64,000 nucleotides of DNA from an uncultured Gemmatimonadaceae bacterium (lineage in GTDB: Bacteria > Gemmatimonadota > Gemmatimonadetes > Longimicrobiales > RSA9). The notes under the pieces were generated by a model that had not been told where the DNA came from, did not search any database, and worked only from the letters and a program-made list of their open reading frames with translations. Every line of letters begins with the position of its first letter. Position 1 is the stretch's first letter. Below are positions 27,026 to 38,613 of this stretch, one piece after another. The position numbers and the translations under genes were made by a program. The stretch lies in assembly GCA_964410055.1 (NCBI GenBank), contig CAYPGK010000003.1, positions 2,557 to 66,556 on the forward strand, read 5' to 3'.

Positions 27026-28517
27026 CGATCGTCTCCCCCTGGCCGGGGATCCTGACGACCGCCGATACGACGTCGCCGGGCTCGAGGCCGCGGGCGACCG
27101 CCGCCACGTCGTCCTCGTTGCGGATCTCCTTCCCGTTCAGCCGGAGCAGGATCTGCCCGGCACGGAGCCCCGCCTGAGCCGCCGGGCTGCCGGATGCGAC
27201 GTCGACGATGACGACGCCCCGCTCATCGGCGTCAACGTCGAGCTGGAAGCGACCGATCAGCTCCCGGGTGAGCGGCGCCGCGCGGAAGCCGAGGCGCTCG
27301 TCGACCGCGGCGCGCGAGACCCGGCGCAGCGTGGTCCGCGCCTCGGCCTCGAACTGGCTAAGCTCGACCGTGAAGTTGCGCCGCTTCTTGTCCCGGATCA
27401 CGGAGAGCGTCACCTTCTCGCCCGGCTGCCGCTGTGCGAGCGAGCTGATGAGCTGCGTGGCGGTCCGAATCGGCTGGTCGTCCAGCGCGACGATGACGTC
27501 GCCGACCCTAAGCCCGGCCTTCGCCGCCGGCGTCCCCTCCTGGACCTGCTTGACCTCGGCGCCGGCGATCTCGTCCAGCCCGTAGACCTCGGCATCGGTC
27601 GCATCGACCTCATCGACGAGGACGCCGAGGCGCGGCCGGCGGACGGCGCCGTGCTCGATCAGGTCATTGGCGACCTTGCGTGCGACCGCGATCGGGATGG
27701 CGAAGCCGTAGCCGGCGTAGTAGCCGGTGCGGGAGGCGATGGCGGTGTTGACGCCGACCACGCGGCCGTGCAGATCGACGAGCGGCCCGCCCGAGTTGCC
27801 GGGGTTGATGGCCGCGTCGGTCTGGATGAACGCCTCGACCGCCGACTGGTCCGCCTCGCGACGCAGGATCCCGACGTTCCGGCCCTTCGCGCTCACGATC
27901 CCCGCCGTCACGGTGAAGTCCAGACCGAGCGGGTTGCCGAGCGCGAGGACCCAGTCGCCCACCTGGAGGGCGTCGGAATCACCCAGCGTCGCGGTGGGGA
28001 GCGGCTTGCCGCGCTCCGGCTCGATCTGGATCACCGCCACATCGGTCATCGCGTCCGTGCCGACCACGGTCGCGCGGTACTCGCGGCCGTCCGAGAGCGT
28101 GACGATCACCTCGTCCGCGTCGTTGACCACGTGGCGGTTCGTCATGATGTAGCCGCGTTCGTCGAAGATGAAGCCGGAGCCCGAACCCTCGCGCGGCACC
28201 TCGAAGGATTCCGGGATCTCGAAGCCCGGCATGTCCGGGAAGAAGCGGAAGATGCGCGGCTGAGTCCGAATCACCTGCCGCGCCTGTACCACGCGGATCG
28301 AGACCACCGCCGGGAGCGCGCGTTCCGCGGCGCCGCGGAACGCGCTCGAGAGCCGGACCGCGGCGATCGTGTCGAGCGGCGCCGTCGTCGCCGCGCCGGT
28401 CCCTTTCTCCGCGGCCCCCGTGCTCTGCGCCTGAGCGGCCACGCCCGGCCCACAGGCCACGACGCCCAAGAGGGACAAGGCGATCGCGTGTCTCATCCTG
28501 TCGTTGATGAAAGACAT
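27003..28517 (-). CDS. htrA: periplasmic serine endoprotease HtrA/DegP/DegQ (two PDZ domains)
   Basis: Catalytic triad context TNRHVV, D..DVAVIQ and GNSGGPL, followed by two PDZ domains. ATG at 28517 follows AGGAGGAGGAG. Confidence 0.92.
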   Translation of the reverse strand: MSFINDRMRHAIALSLLGVVACGPGVAAQAQSTGAAEKGTGAATTAPLDTIAAVRLSSAFRGAAERALPAVVSIRVVQARQVIRTQPRIFRFFPDMPGFEIPESFEVPREGSGSGFIFDERGYIMTNRHVVNDADEVIVTLSDGREYRATVVGTDAMTDVAVIQIEPERGKPLPTATLGDSDALQVGDWVLALGNPLGLDFTVTAGIVSAKGRNVGILRREADQSAVEAFIQTDAAINPGNSGGPLVDLHGRVVGVNTAIASRTGYYAGYGFAIPIAVARKVANDLIEHGAVRRPRLGVLVDEVDATDAEVYGLDEIAGAEVKQVQEGTPAAKAGLRVGDVIVALDDQPIRTATQLISSLAQRQPGEKVTLSVIRDKKRRNFTVELSQFEAEARTTLRRVSRAAVDERLGFRAAPLTRELIGRFQLDVDADERGVVIVDVASGSPAAQAGLRAGQILLRLNGKEIRNEDDVAAVARGLEPGDVVSAVVRIPGQGETIVNYRTRR

Positions 28518-28584
28518 CTCCTCCTCCTGCAAGGACCTCCGGTACTTGCCACGCTGGCAGCAGGGAAGCGGCGCGAGGGAGGGC

Positions 28585-28620
28585 GCCGCCCCGTCTTTGC
28601 ACTTGGATGCACGGGGCGGC
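28585..28620. terminator. 10-bp perfect hairpin between ftsH-like and htrA genes
   Basis: GCCGCCCCGT (28585-28594) pairs with ACGGGGCGGC (28611-28620), with a 16-nt loop and no clear U-tract. It could be a terminator, attenuator or processing site. Confidence 0.35.
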
Positions 28621-28640
28621 GCGTCGGGTTGCCCGGCGTC

Positions 28641-30539
<1,899 letters not shown>

Positions 30540-30977
30540 CTATGCTCTTGCGCTGCAACGATTTGTATTGGTTCGTGAGTGTGAGAGTACGCCCGATCGG
30601 GGTGTTTGTGCCCGGGGGGGAGCCGTGGTGTCGGCGCGGGGGAGGTCGAGCTCGACTCCGGAAGCGACGTGGGAGAGTTCTTGCGCCCTCGGTGCCGCGG
30701 CTCGTATCCGGACCGGGGTCGGTGCGGCAGGGTGTCGCGTCGACGAATGTGGTTCGGGGGCGCAAGGCGGGAGTCCGTCCTCCCGGGCTCAATTGAGTTC
30801 ACGCGTGGCCCGCGAGGGGGCGCGCAAGAAGATCGCCTTCGATCTGTGGCCGTTCTCCAGGGTCAGGCCGCAGATCACTGCCGTGTTTGCGAGCGGCACT
30901 TGTCTCTGGTTGTATGGAGCGGTAGCCGTTACCCAGGGTCGATTGCACCTGACCTGGCCGGGCGTCGTTCGCTTCGA

Positions 30978-31697
30978 TCACCCATCCGCACCGGCCATCC
31001 GATCGAGGATCATGCGGAAGTGGTCGAGGGGGAGCGCGCCCTGGACGCGGAACCCGTTGATGATGAAGGTGGGAGTGGCCCGGACGCCGGCGTAGGCGGC
31101 GAGCTGGTTCGCCATGCGGGTCCGGCCGGCGGCGCGCCCTTCGCGGAGGCAACTGGCGAAGCGGTCGGCATCGAGCCCGAGGCGACCGGCGAGGTCCCGG
31201 AGGAGCGCCGCAGGCTCATTGGTCGCCTTCCACGCCCTCTGCTCCCTGTAGAGTTCGTCGTGCATCTGCCAGAACCGGTCTTCACCCTGCTCGGCCGCGC
31301 ACTCGGCGGCCATGGCGGCGTGGCTGCCGTTCGGGAACGTGCCCATGACGAACGGGACGTACTTCCAATAGACCTTGCCGGTCTCGATGTACTCGCGATG
31401 GATCTCCGGAAACGTCTCGAGTGCGAAGCGCGCGCAGTAGGGGCAGCCGAAGTCGCTGAACTCGATGACGATGACGGGTGCGTCCGGGTCGCCCAGGTCA
31501 TAGCCGACCTGGTCGATGAAGATCGTGTCCTGCGGCGCCTCGCCCGACGCACGCGCGCCGTTGGAGTCACCACGGCCGGCCGGCTCGGCGCAGGCGACGG
31601 TAAGCAGAGTGAGCACCAGACCGATCGCCGCCGCAACGAGAGTGAGCGGGCGGGACAGCGAGGACGTGGACGAGAACGGCGACGTACGCGAAGGCAT
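30978..31697 (-). CDS. DsbA-family thiol:disulfide oxidoreductase lipoprotein
   Basis: Internal ATG at 31697, lipobox LLTVAC, thioredoxin active site FGCPYCARF and C-terminal GVRATPTFIING. Confidence 0.85.
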   Translation of the reverse strand: MPSRTSPFSSTSSLSRPLTLVAAAIGLVLTLLTVACAEPAGRGDSNGARASGEAPQDTIFIDQVGYDLGDPDAPVIVIEFSDFGCPYCARFALETFPEIHREYIETGKVYWKYVPFVMGTFPNGSHAAMAAECAAEQGEDRFWQMHDELYREQRAWKATNEPAALLRDLAGRLGLDADRFASCLREGRAAGRTRMANQLAAYAGVRATPTFIINGFRVQGALPLDHFRMILDRMAGADG

Positions 31698-32003
31698 TTT
31701 GTTCGATCGATTTGGTGGTGATGTGCTCGGGCGCCCGCAGGCGTGCGTGAGCAGGCCCGTGAGTGCGCGGCGGCAATGCCGCCGGCGGACGTCGCGCCCG
31801 GAGCGGTTCGAAGGGTGGGGTACCCCGGGTGAGTAGGTGGGATCCGTGAGGGCCGGGGTGGGGGAGGGCGGCGTCGTCGGACGACCCACTCTGCCATTTC
31901 AATGCCCCGATCCCGGCCTCACCGTGTCGCGGAGTGGAGGGGTGGTGTGGGGTGGAGGACGTAGCACTGGGCAAACACGGACGCGACCGAGTGAGGAGGC
32001 GGG

Positions 32004-33572
32004 ATGCTGGCGCAGGTCAGGAGCGGCGCGGTGCTCGGCGTGGAGGCGTACGCCGTGAGCGTGGAGGTGGACCTGGCGAGCGGCCTGCCGCAGATGCAGG
32101 TCGTGGGTCTCCCGCAAGGCGCGGTGCGGGAGGGGCGCGAGCGGGTGACGGCAGCGCTGAAGAACAGCGGGTTCGTGCTGCCGCCGAGGAAGATAACCAT
32201 CAATCTTGCACCGGCTGATGTGCCGAAGGCCGGCAGCGCGTTCGACCTGCCGATCGCGATCGGGCTGCTCGCGACGGGGGGCGTGTTCGCGCCGGAGCGG
32301 GTCCGGGGCATGTGCTTCGTCGGCGAGCTCGGGCTGGACGGCGAGCTCAGGCCGGTGCGGGGCGTGCTCCCGGTCGCGTTGAACTGCCGCGAGGAAGGCG
32401 TGCGGGTGCTGGTGGTCCCGGCGGCGAACGGGGCGGAGGCGGCGGCGGTGAAGGGGCTGGACGTGCGGGCCGCTGAACGGCTCGAAGATGTGGTTGCACA
32501 TCTGCGCGGCATGAAGGAATTGCCGCGGGTGGAAGCCGACCTGTCGAGCGCGGCCGCGGAGACGGCGGCGGCCGAGCTGGACATGGAGGACGTGCGCGGG
32601 CACGCTCACGCGAAGAGGGCGTTCGAGGTGGCTGCGGCCGGATCGCACAACCTCCTGCTCGTCGGGCCGCCGGGCTCGGGGAAGTCGATGCTGGCCCGGC
32701 GCCTGCCGGGGATCCTGCCGCCGCTTACGCTGGAAGAGTCGCTGGAGGTCACCAAGATCCATTCCGTGGCCGGGCGCCTGGCGACCGGGCAGTCGCTGGT
32801 GTGGCGTCGCCCGTTCCGGGCGCCGCACCACACGGTCTCGGACGCGGGGCTGGTGGGCGGGGGCGGGGTGCCGCGGCCGGGCGAGGCGTCGCTCGCGCAC
32901 CACGGCGTGCTGTTCCTGGACGAACTGCCGGAGTTCAGGCGCTCGGCGCTGGAAGTCCTTCGTCAGCCGCTAGAGGAAGGAGTCGTTCAACTCGGCCGGG
33001 CGCGCCACGCGGTGACGTATCCCGCGCGGTTCATGCTCGTCGGCGCCATGAATCCCTGTCCGTGTGGATACTTCGGGGATGCCCGTGCACGGTGCACGTG
33101 CCACCCCGGGCAGGTCGAGCGGTACGTATCGCGGCTGAGCGGTCCGCTGCTGGACCGGATCGATCTGCACATCGAGGTGCCTGCGTTGCGGCCGGAGGAG
33201 CTCCAATCCCGTCGGGACGGCGAATCGAGCGAGCGGATCCGGGCGCGCGTCGTGGCCGCGAGGGAGCGCCAGCTCGTGCGCTTCCGCGACCAGCCGGGTG
33301 TGTACGCGAACGCGCACATGGGCCCCCGCGAAGTGCGGCGGTACTGCCGGGTCGACGAAGCGGGCGAGTCGCTCCTGCGCGCGGCGATCACACGGCTCGG
33401 GCTGAGCGCGCGGGCGTACCACAGGGTGCTGAAGCTGGCGCGGACGATCGCGGACCTGGAGGCGGCGGAGTCGATCACGGCGGCGCACGTGGCGGAGGCG
33501 GTACAGTACCGGTCGCTCGACCGGCAGATGCACCGGCGCGCGTACCCGGCCGGTGCCGCGTCGGGGCTCTAG
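32004..33572 (+). CDS. comM: YifB/ComM family Mg-chelatase-like AAA+ ATPase
   Basis: N-terminal Lon-protease-like domain (ITINLAPADVPKAGSAFDLPIAIG), Walker A GPPGSGKS, LFLDELPEF and a C-terminal ChlI-like lid. Confidence 0.93.
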   Translation: MLAQVRSGAVLGVEAYAVSVEVDLASGLPQMQVVGLPQGAVREGRERVTAALKNSGFVLPPRKITINLAPADVPKAGSAFDLPIAIGLLATGGVFAPERVRGMCFVGELGLDGELRPVRGVLPVALNCREEGVRVLVVPAANGAEAAAVKGLDVRAAERLEDVVAHLRGMKELPRVEADLSSAAAETAAAELDMEDVRGHAHAKRAFEVAAAGSHNLLLVGPPGSGKSMLARRLPGILPPLTLEESLEVTKIHSVAGRLATGQSLVWRRPFRAPHHTVSDAGLVGGGGVPRPGEASLAHHGVLFLDELPEFRRSALEVLRQPLEEGVVQLGRARHAVTYPARFMLVGAMNPCPCGYFGDARARCTCHPGQVERYVSRLSGPLLDRIDLHIEVPALRPEELQSRRDGESSERIRARVVAARERQLVRFRDQPGVYANAHMGPREVRRYCRVDEAGESLLRAAITRLGLSARAYHRVLKLARTIADLEAAESITAAHVAEAVQYRSLDRQMHRRAYPAGAASGL

Positions 33573-33665
33573 GGCGGCGCGCCCGGAACGGGTGCCCGGC
33601 TCGGCCGGAAGGGCGGTGCTCCCGGTCCGCACGCCGCGACCGGCCAGGGCGTCGTCAGTGGCGGT

Positions 33666-34715
33666 TCAGATCAGCCCTTCCAGCCCTTCCAGCTCGGGCG
33701 GGACCTCGGGCGGCGGCATCTCCGCGTAAACCGGGTTGGATAGATAGCGTTCGCCGAAATCGGGGATGATGGAGACGATCAACTTGCCCTGGCTCTCGGG
33801 CCGTTCGGCGATGCGCAGCGCCGCCCAGGTGATCGACCCCGCGGAGATCCCGGCGAGGATCCCCTCCTCGCGGGCGAGGCGACGGGTGGTCTCGATGGCG
33901 TCTTCGTTGGTGACGGTGACGACCTCGTCGTAGATCCCGGTGTCGAGGACGCTCGGGACGAAGCCGGCGCCGATCCCCTGCTGGCGGTGAGGTCCGGGCT
34001 CGCCGCCGGAGAGTACGGCGCTCTCGGCGGGCTCGACGGCGACGATGCGGATGTCGGGCTTCCGCTCGCGTAGATAGCGACCCGCGCCGGTGATGGTGCC
34101 GCCGGTGCCGACGCCGGCAACGAAGACGTCGACGCGGCCATCGGTGTCCTCCCAGATCTCCGGGCCGGTGGTGCGGTAGTGGACGGCGGGGTTGTCGGGG
34201 TTGTCGAACTGCCGTGGCATCCAGGCGCGGTCGCCGAGGCGGGCGAGGATCTCCTCGGCGCGATCGATCGCGCCACGCATCCCCCGCGCTCCCTCGGTCA
34301 GGACGACGATCCCGCCCAGGGCGCGCAGCATGTGGCGTCGCTCGACCGTCATGGTGTCCGGCAGGGTGAAGATGCAGCGGATGCCGAGGGCGGCCGCGGT
34401 GAATGCGACGCCGATCCCCGTGTTCCCGCTCGTCGGCTCGACGATCAGCATCCCGGGCCGGAGCTCGCCCCTCTCGACCGCGGCCTCGAGCATCGCGATG
34501 CCGATGCGGTCCTTCACCGAATTGTAGGGGTTGAACCCCTCGTGTTTGACGACGACGGTGCCCGGGAGCCCTTCTCCGAGGCGGCGGAGGCGGATGAGCG
34601 GCGTGCCGCCGTAGGTGCGGACGATGCCGTCGTGGATCTTGCGGCGATCCCATGGACGCGAAGCGGGGTCGAGGTTCGCGGGGGCGCCCCCGTCGAGGAT
34701 CCTGCGGCCGGGCAT
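33666..34715 (-). CDS. cysK: cysteine synthase (O-acetylserine sulfhydrylase, PLP-dependent)
   Basis: ATG at 34715 after GGAGG. PLP lysine in NPYNSVKDR, TSGNTGIG and GVGTGGTITG are present. There is a ~30-aa N-terminal extension and a Pro/Glu-rich tail. Confidence 0.88.
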   Translation of the reverse strand: MPGRRILDGGAPANLDPASRPWDRRKIHDGIVRTYGGTPLIRLRRLGEGLPGTVVVKHEGFNPYNSVKDRIGIAMLEAAVERGELRPGMLIVEPTSGNTGIGVAFTAAALGIRCIFTLPDTMTVERRHMLRALGGIVVLTEGARGMRGAIDRAEEILARLGDRAWMPRQFDNPDNPAVHYRTTGPEIWEDTDGRVDVFVAGVGTGGTITGAGRYLRERKPDIRIVAVEPAESAVLSGGEPGPHRQQGIGAGFVPSVLDTGIYDEVVTVTNEDAIETTRRLAREEGILAGISAGSITWAALRIAERPESQGKLIVSIIPDFGERYLSNPVYAEMPPPEVPPELEGLEGLI

Positions 34716-34967
34716 GAGTCCTCCAGTTCGTGCGTCGCGGCGGTTCGGCCGTGCCCGCGTGGCGGCCGACTCCGCGACCGCAGGAGCCGTACCGCGCCGC
34801 TCGTGAACGCGGGCGTGCGGGGACATCGGGCCGTCGACCTGCACATCGTCTCTCGGGCGTCGCGACTCCGGGGGCCGGGGTCACAGATCCTTCGGTCCGC
34901 GGAACGAAACCTCCCGGCGCGGCGTATTTTCGTCGCTTCAGACGAACCGCCCACCCGTCTGCGACTC

Positions 34968-36326
34968 ATGCGAACAAAACGAACCCGGACGTGGCTGTCG
35001 CTCCTCGCGGTCCTCGCGGTGTCGGCGTGCGGAGGCGCCCGCGCGGCGGGCCCGTCGATGCCGGGCAAGAGCGCCGGGGATGCAGCGCTACGCACGCTCG
35101 TCCTCATGCTGGACGGCGTGCCGTACGACATTGTGGACTCGCTCTGGCGCGCGGGCCACTTCAAGGATTTCCGGCCGCCCTCGAAGGTGATCAGCCCGTT
35201 CCCGGCGCTCACGGAAGTCGCCTTCGGCTCGATCTGGCACGAGACGCCGCCCGGGTACGAAGACCGTTACTTCGACCCCGGGGAGAACCGGATCGAGGGC
35301 GGGCTCCTGGACCACCTGTTCAAGTCCTCGGAGCACGGCGGGTTCCGGCGTCACCTCGACATCGAGCCGGGCGGGGTCTCGGCCACCTTCTCGTACGTCT
35401 TCCCGGGCATGATGGCGCGGCGAGAGCTGGACCGGCTCCGGGATCGGATCCTCGACGAGGCCGCCCGCGACACGGTCGTCGTTGCGTACCTCGTGGCCAC
35501 GGACGCGATTGCGCACCGTGCGGGGCGCGAGGAGCTGGTGCGCCACCTGGGCGCCGTTGAGCGATTGCTCGAGGAGCTCCGGATGCGCTTCGGTCCGGAG
35601 CTGGAGATCGTGCTCTTCAGCGACCACGGCAACGAGCTGATCCCGACGCGCCGCGCACCCCTCGAAGACGCGATCGAGGCCGCCGGCTTCGACCTCGCCG
35701 GCGAGATCGAGGACGAGAACGACGTCGTCGCGCCGCGGTTCGGGCTGGTGGGGAGCGCGTTCTTCTACACCGCGCCATCGGCGGAGCCGCGGCTGGCCGG
35801 GGCGCTGGCCGAGGCGGAGGGCGTGGAGCTCGTCCTGTTCGAGGACGTGCCCGGCCGTGTGCAGGTGTGGAGCCGTGACGGGCGCGCGATCGTGGAATCG
35901 AACGACGACGCGACCCGGTTCCGCTACCTGCCGCTCGAGGGCGACCCGCTCGAGCTTGCCGATGCAGCGGCCTCGCTCCGGCGTCGCGGCGTGCTGGACG
36001 CCGACGGGTTCGGCCCGGATTCCGCCTGGCTCCAGGCGACGCTCCGTACTCCCTACATCGATTCGCTGCGCCGGATCATGAACGGGATGCGCAGCGTGGT
36101 GCGCAACCCCGCCAACGTGGTCGTGAGCTTCGCTCCGGGGTACCACTTCGGGAGTCGAGCCGCCGACCTGCTCGTGGACGTGACCGGCACGCACGGCTCG
36201 CTCCGGACGGAGTCGGCGCTCGCGTTCCTCATGGGCACCCACATAGCGGCGCCAACGCTGCTGCGGAGCGAGGCGCTGCTGGACTACCTGCCGGTGCGCG
36301 TCACCGAGCCGGTCCACGCGCCGTAG
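34968..36326 (+). CDS. alkaline-phosphatase-superfamily lipoprotein (nucleotide pyrophosphatase/phosphodiesterase-like)
   Basis: Internal ATG at 34968, lipobox LAVSAC. Metal/nucleophile patterns LMLDGVPYD, PFPALTEVAF, TDAIAHRAG and FSDHGN are present. Confidence 0.65.
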   Translation: MRTKRTRTWLSLLAVLAVSACGGARAAGPSMPGKSAGDAALRTLVLMLDGVPYDIVDSLWRAGHFKDFRPPSKVISPFPALTEVAFGSIWHETPPGYEDRYFDPGENRIEGGLLDHLFKSSEHGGFRRHLDIEPGGVSATFSYVFPGMMARRELDRLRDRILDEAARDTVVVAYLVATDAIAHRAGREELVRHLGAVERLLEELRMRFGPELEIVLFSDHGNELIPTRRAPLEDAIEAAGFDLAGEIEDENDVVAPRFGLVGSAFFYTAPSAEPRLAGALAEAEGVELVLFEDVPGRVQVWSRDGRAIVESNDDATRFRYLPLEGDPLELADAAASLRRRGVLDADGFGPDSAWLQATLRTPYIDSLRRIMNGMRSVVRNPANVVVSFAPGYHFGSRAADLLVDVTGTHGSLRTESALAFLMGTHIAAPTLLRSEALLDYLPVRVTEPVHAP

Positions 36327-36407
36327 CGCCCGTCCACCTTGTATCGTGGATGAGGGACGGGTAGCTTCCCGGCGGGCCGGGGCAGCGGAATAGACAGTTG
36401 GGTCAAC

Positions 36408-37238
36408 ATGACGACACTGGATGATAAATACGCCCGGCTCGCCGGGATCCTGAAAGAGTGCGGGTCGGTCTGCATCGGGTACTCGGGCGGCGTCGATTCC
36501 GTCTTCCTCGCCCGGGTCGCCGTGGGGGTGCTCGGGCCGGAGAACGTGCTGGCCGTGACGGGGCGCAGTGCGTCGTACCCTGCGGTCCAGCTCGAGATGG
36601 CGCTGGAGTGCGTGCGCCGGTTCGGCATCCCCCACACGGAGATCGAAACGGACGAGATGTCCGATCCGAACTACGTGTCCAACCCTTCGAACCGGTGCTA
36701 CTTCTGCAAGACCGAGCTGTGGTCGAAGCTGACGGCGCTGGCGGCGGAACGGGGGTACGCGGTCGTGCTGGACGGCTCGAACGCGGACGACGTGGGCGAC
36801 CATCGCCCCGGGATGCGCGCGGCGAAGGAGCAGCGCGTGCGTTCACCGCTCCTGGAGGCGGGGCTGACGAAGGCGGAGATCCGGGAATTGTCGCGGCGGT
36901 TCGGGCTGCCGACGTGGGACCAGCCGGCTGCGCCGTGCCTGTCGAGTCGCCTGCCGTACGGGCTCGCGGTGACGCCGGAGCGGCTCCGGCAGGTGGAGGC
37001 GGCCGAGGAGGCGATGCGTCGCCGGGGCTTCCGTGAGTTCCGGGTCCGGCACCACGGGGACGCGGCGCGGCTGGAGGTCGCGGCGCCGGAGATGGCGCGG
37101 GCGCTGGAGCAGGCCGGCGAGCTCGCCGTCGAACTGCGCGAGGTCGGATTCGAGCGGGTGCTGCTGGACGTCGAAGGGTACCGACGCGGCGCGCTGAACG
37201 AAGGCGCGCCGCTGGTCCGGCTCCAGGCGACGCGATGA
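36408..37238 (+). CDS. larE: LarE-like PP-loop ATP-dependent sulfur transferase (TIGR00268-type)
   Basis: PP-loop GYSGGVDS, Cys motifs NRCYFCK and AAPCLSSRLPYG, and C-terminal RVRHHGDAARLEV...GFERVLLDVEGYRRG. Confidence 0.82.
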   Translation: MTTLDDKYARLAGILKECGSVCIGYSGGVDSVFLARVAVGVLGPENVLAVTGRSASYPAVQLEMALECVRRFGIPHTEIETDEMSDPNYVSNPSNRCYFCKTELWSKLTALAAERGYAVVLDGSNADDVGDHRPGMRAAKEQRVRSPLLEAGLTKAEIRELSRRFGLPTWDQPAAPCLSSRLPYGLAVTPERLRQVEAAEEAMRRRGFREFRVRHHGDAARLEVAAPEMARALEQAGELAVELREVGFERVLLDVEGYRRGALNEGAPLVRLQATR

Positions 37239-37450
37239 ACGAGGCCGACGCCCGCATCGCCGCGGTGGAGCGGCTGCTCCGGGAGCGGGGCATCGAAGGC
37301 GCGCGGGTTCGCGCGGCGGGACACAACGCCGAGATCGCGGCCGTGGAGGCGCCGGTTGCCGCGGCCGGGGCGCTGACCGCTCTCGCGCCGGAGATCAAGG
37401 CGCTCGGCTTCCGCTACGTCGCACTCGACCTGACGCCGCGGGAGGCGTGA
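37235..37450 (+). CDS. small protein homologous to the LarE C-terminal domain (71 aa)
   Basis: ATGA overlap with the larE-like stop, and its own stop overlaps the next start. ..LRERGIEGARVRAAGHNAEIAAVE...IKALGFRYVALDL aligns with ..MRRRGFREFRVRHHGDAARLEVAA...LREVGFERVLLDV of the upstream protein. Confidence 0.5.
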   Translation: MNEADARIAAVERLLRERGIEGARVRAAGHNAEIAAVEAPVAAAGALTALAPEIKALGFRYVALDLTPREA

Positions 37451-38613
37451 TGGGCGCGGAAACCGGGCGCGCGTGGGTCTACCTCGACTACGCGGCCACA
37501 TCGGCGGTGCGGCCGGGGGCGGTGGCCGACGCGGTCGCCGACTACCTCGCCGGGATCGGCGCAACGCCCGGCCGCGGCGGGCACCGGCTCGCCGTGGAGG
37601 CCGGCCGGATCGCGCTCCGCTGCCGCCTGGCGCTCGCGCGCCTCTTCGGGATCCCCGGCGACCCGGGGCGGATCACGTTCACGGCGAACGCGACGCACGC
37701 GCTGAACACCGCGCTCTGGGGCGTGCTGCGGCCGGGCGACGTCGTCGTGACCACCGCCTACGACCACAACGCCGTGCTGCGTCCGGTGCATGCGCTGGAG
37801 CGCGAGCGAGGCGTGGTCGTGCGGATGATCCCCGGCGCGCCGGACGGCTCAGTGGACCTGGACCAGGCCGCGCGGCTCCTCGACGGCGCGCGGCTGCTGG
37901 TCGTGAACGCGGCGTCCAACGTCCTGGGGACGACGCTCCCGGTCGGGGATCTCTGCCGCCTCGCCCACGAGGCCGGCGCCCTGGCACTCGTCGATGCGGC
38001 GCAGACGGCCGGGCACGTTTCGATGGACGTCGCCGCCGACGGAGTCGACCTGCTGGCCTTCACCGGGCACAAAGGGCTGCTCGGCCCCCAGGGCACGGGC
38101 GGGCTCTGGGTGCGTGACGGAGTCGACGTGGAGCCGCTGCTCAGGGGCGGCACCGGCGGCGACTCGCTCTTGCGGTCGATGCCGGACGCCTACCCCGACC
38201 ACCTGGAAGCGGGCACGATGAACGGCCCCGGGATCGCGGGGCTCCTGGCCGGCGTCGAATGGGTGCTCGGCCAGACGCCGGAGGCGATCCATCGCCATGT
38301 GGCAGGGCTGAAGGCCAGGCTCCGCGACGGGCTGGAAGCGGTGCGCGGCGTGCGCGTCCACTCGCCTCCGGCGCCGGACGGCGTCGGCGTGGTCACGATC
38401 ACCGCGGACGGCGTGGACGCGCCCACGCTCGCGCGCCGGCTGGACGTGGAGCACGGGATCCTGGTCCGCGCGGGTCTGCACTGCGCGCCCGAGGTGCACC
38501 GGCTTCTCGGGACCGACAGGTCGGGCGCCGTTCGCTTCTCGCTCGGTTGGGCGAGCACGGCTGAGGAGGTCGACCGCGCCGTCGAGGCGGTCGCCAACGT
38601 ACTGAGGGCATGA
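37447..38613 (+). CDS. cysteine desulfurase-family class V aminotransferase
   Basis: YLDYAATS, FTANATHALN, PLP lysine FTGHKGLLGPQGTGGL and C-terminal RAGLHCAP (active Cys). Confidence 0.88.
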   Translation: MMGAETGRAWVYLDYAATSAVRPGAVADAVADYLAGIGATPGRGGHRLAVEAGRIALRCRLALARLFGIPGDPGRITFTANATHALNTALWGVLRPGDVVVTTAYDHNAVLRPVHALERERGVVVRMIPGAPDGSVDLDQAARLLDGARLLVVNAASNVLGTTLPVGDLCRLAHEAGALALVDAAQTAGHVSMDVAADGVDLLAFTGHKGLLGPQGTGGLWVRDGVDVEPLLRGGTGGDSLLRSMPDAYPDHLEAGTMNGPGIAGLLAGVEWVLGQTPEAIHRHVAGLKARLRDGLEAVRGVRVHSPPAPDGVGVVTITADGVDAPTLARRLDVEHGILVRAGLHCAPEVHRLLGTDRSGAVRFSLGWASTAEEVDRAVEAVANVLRA

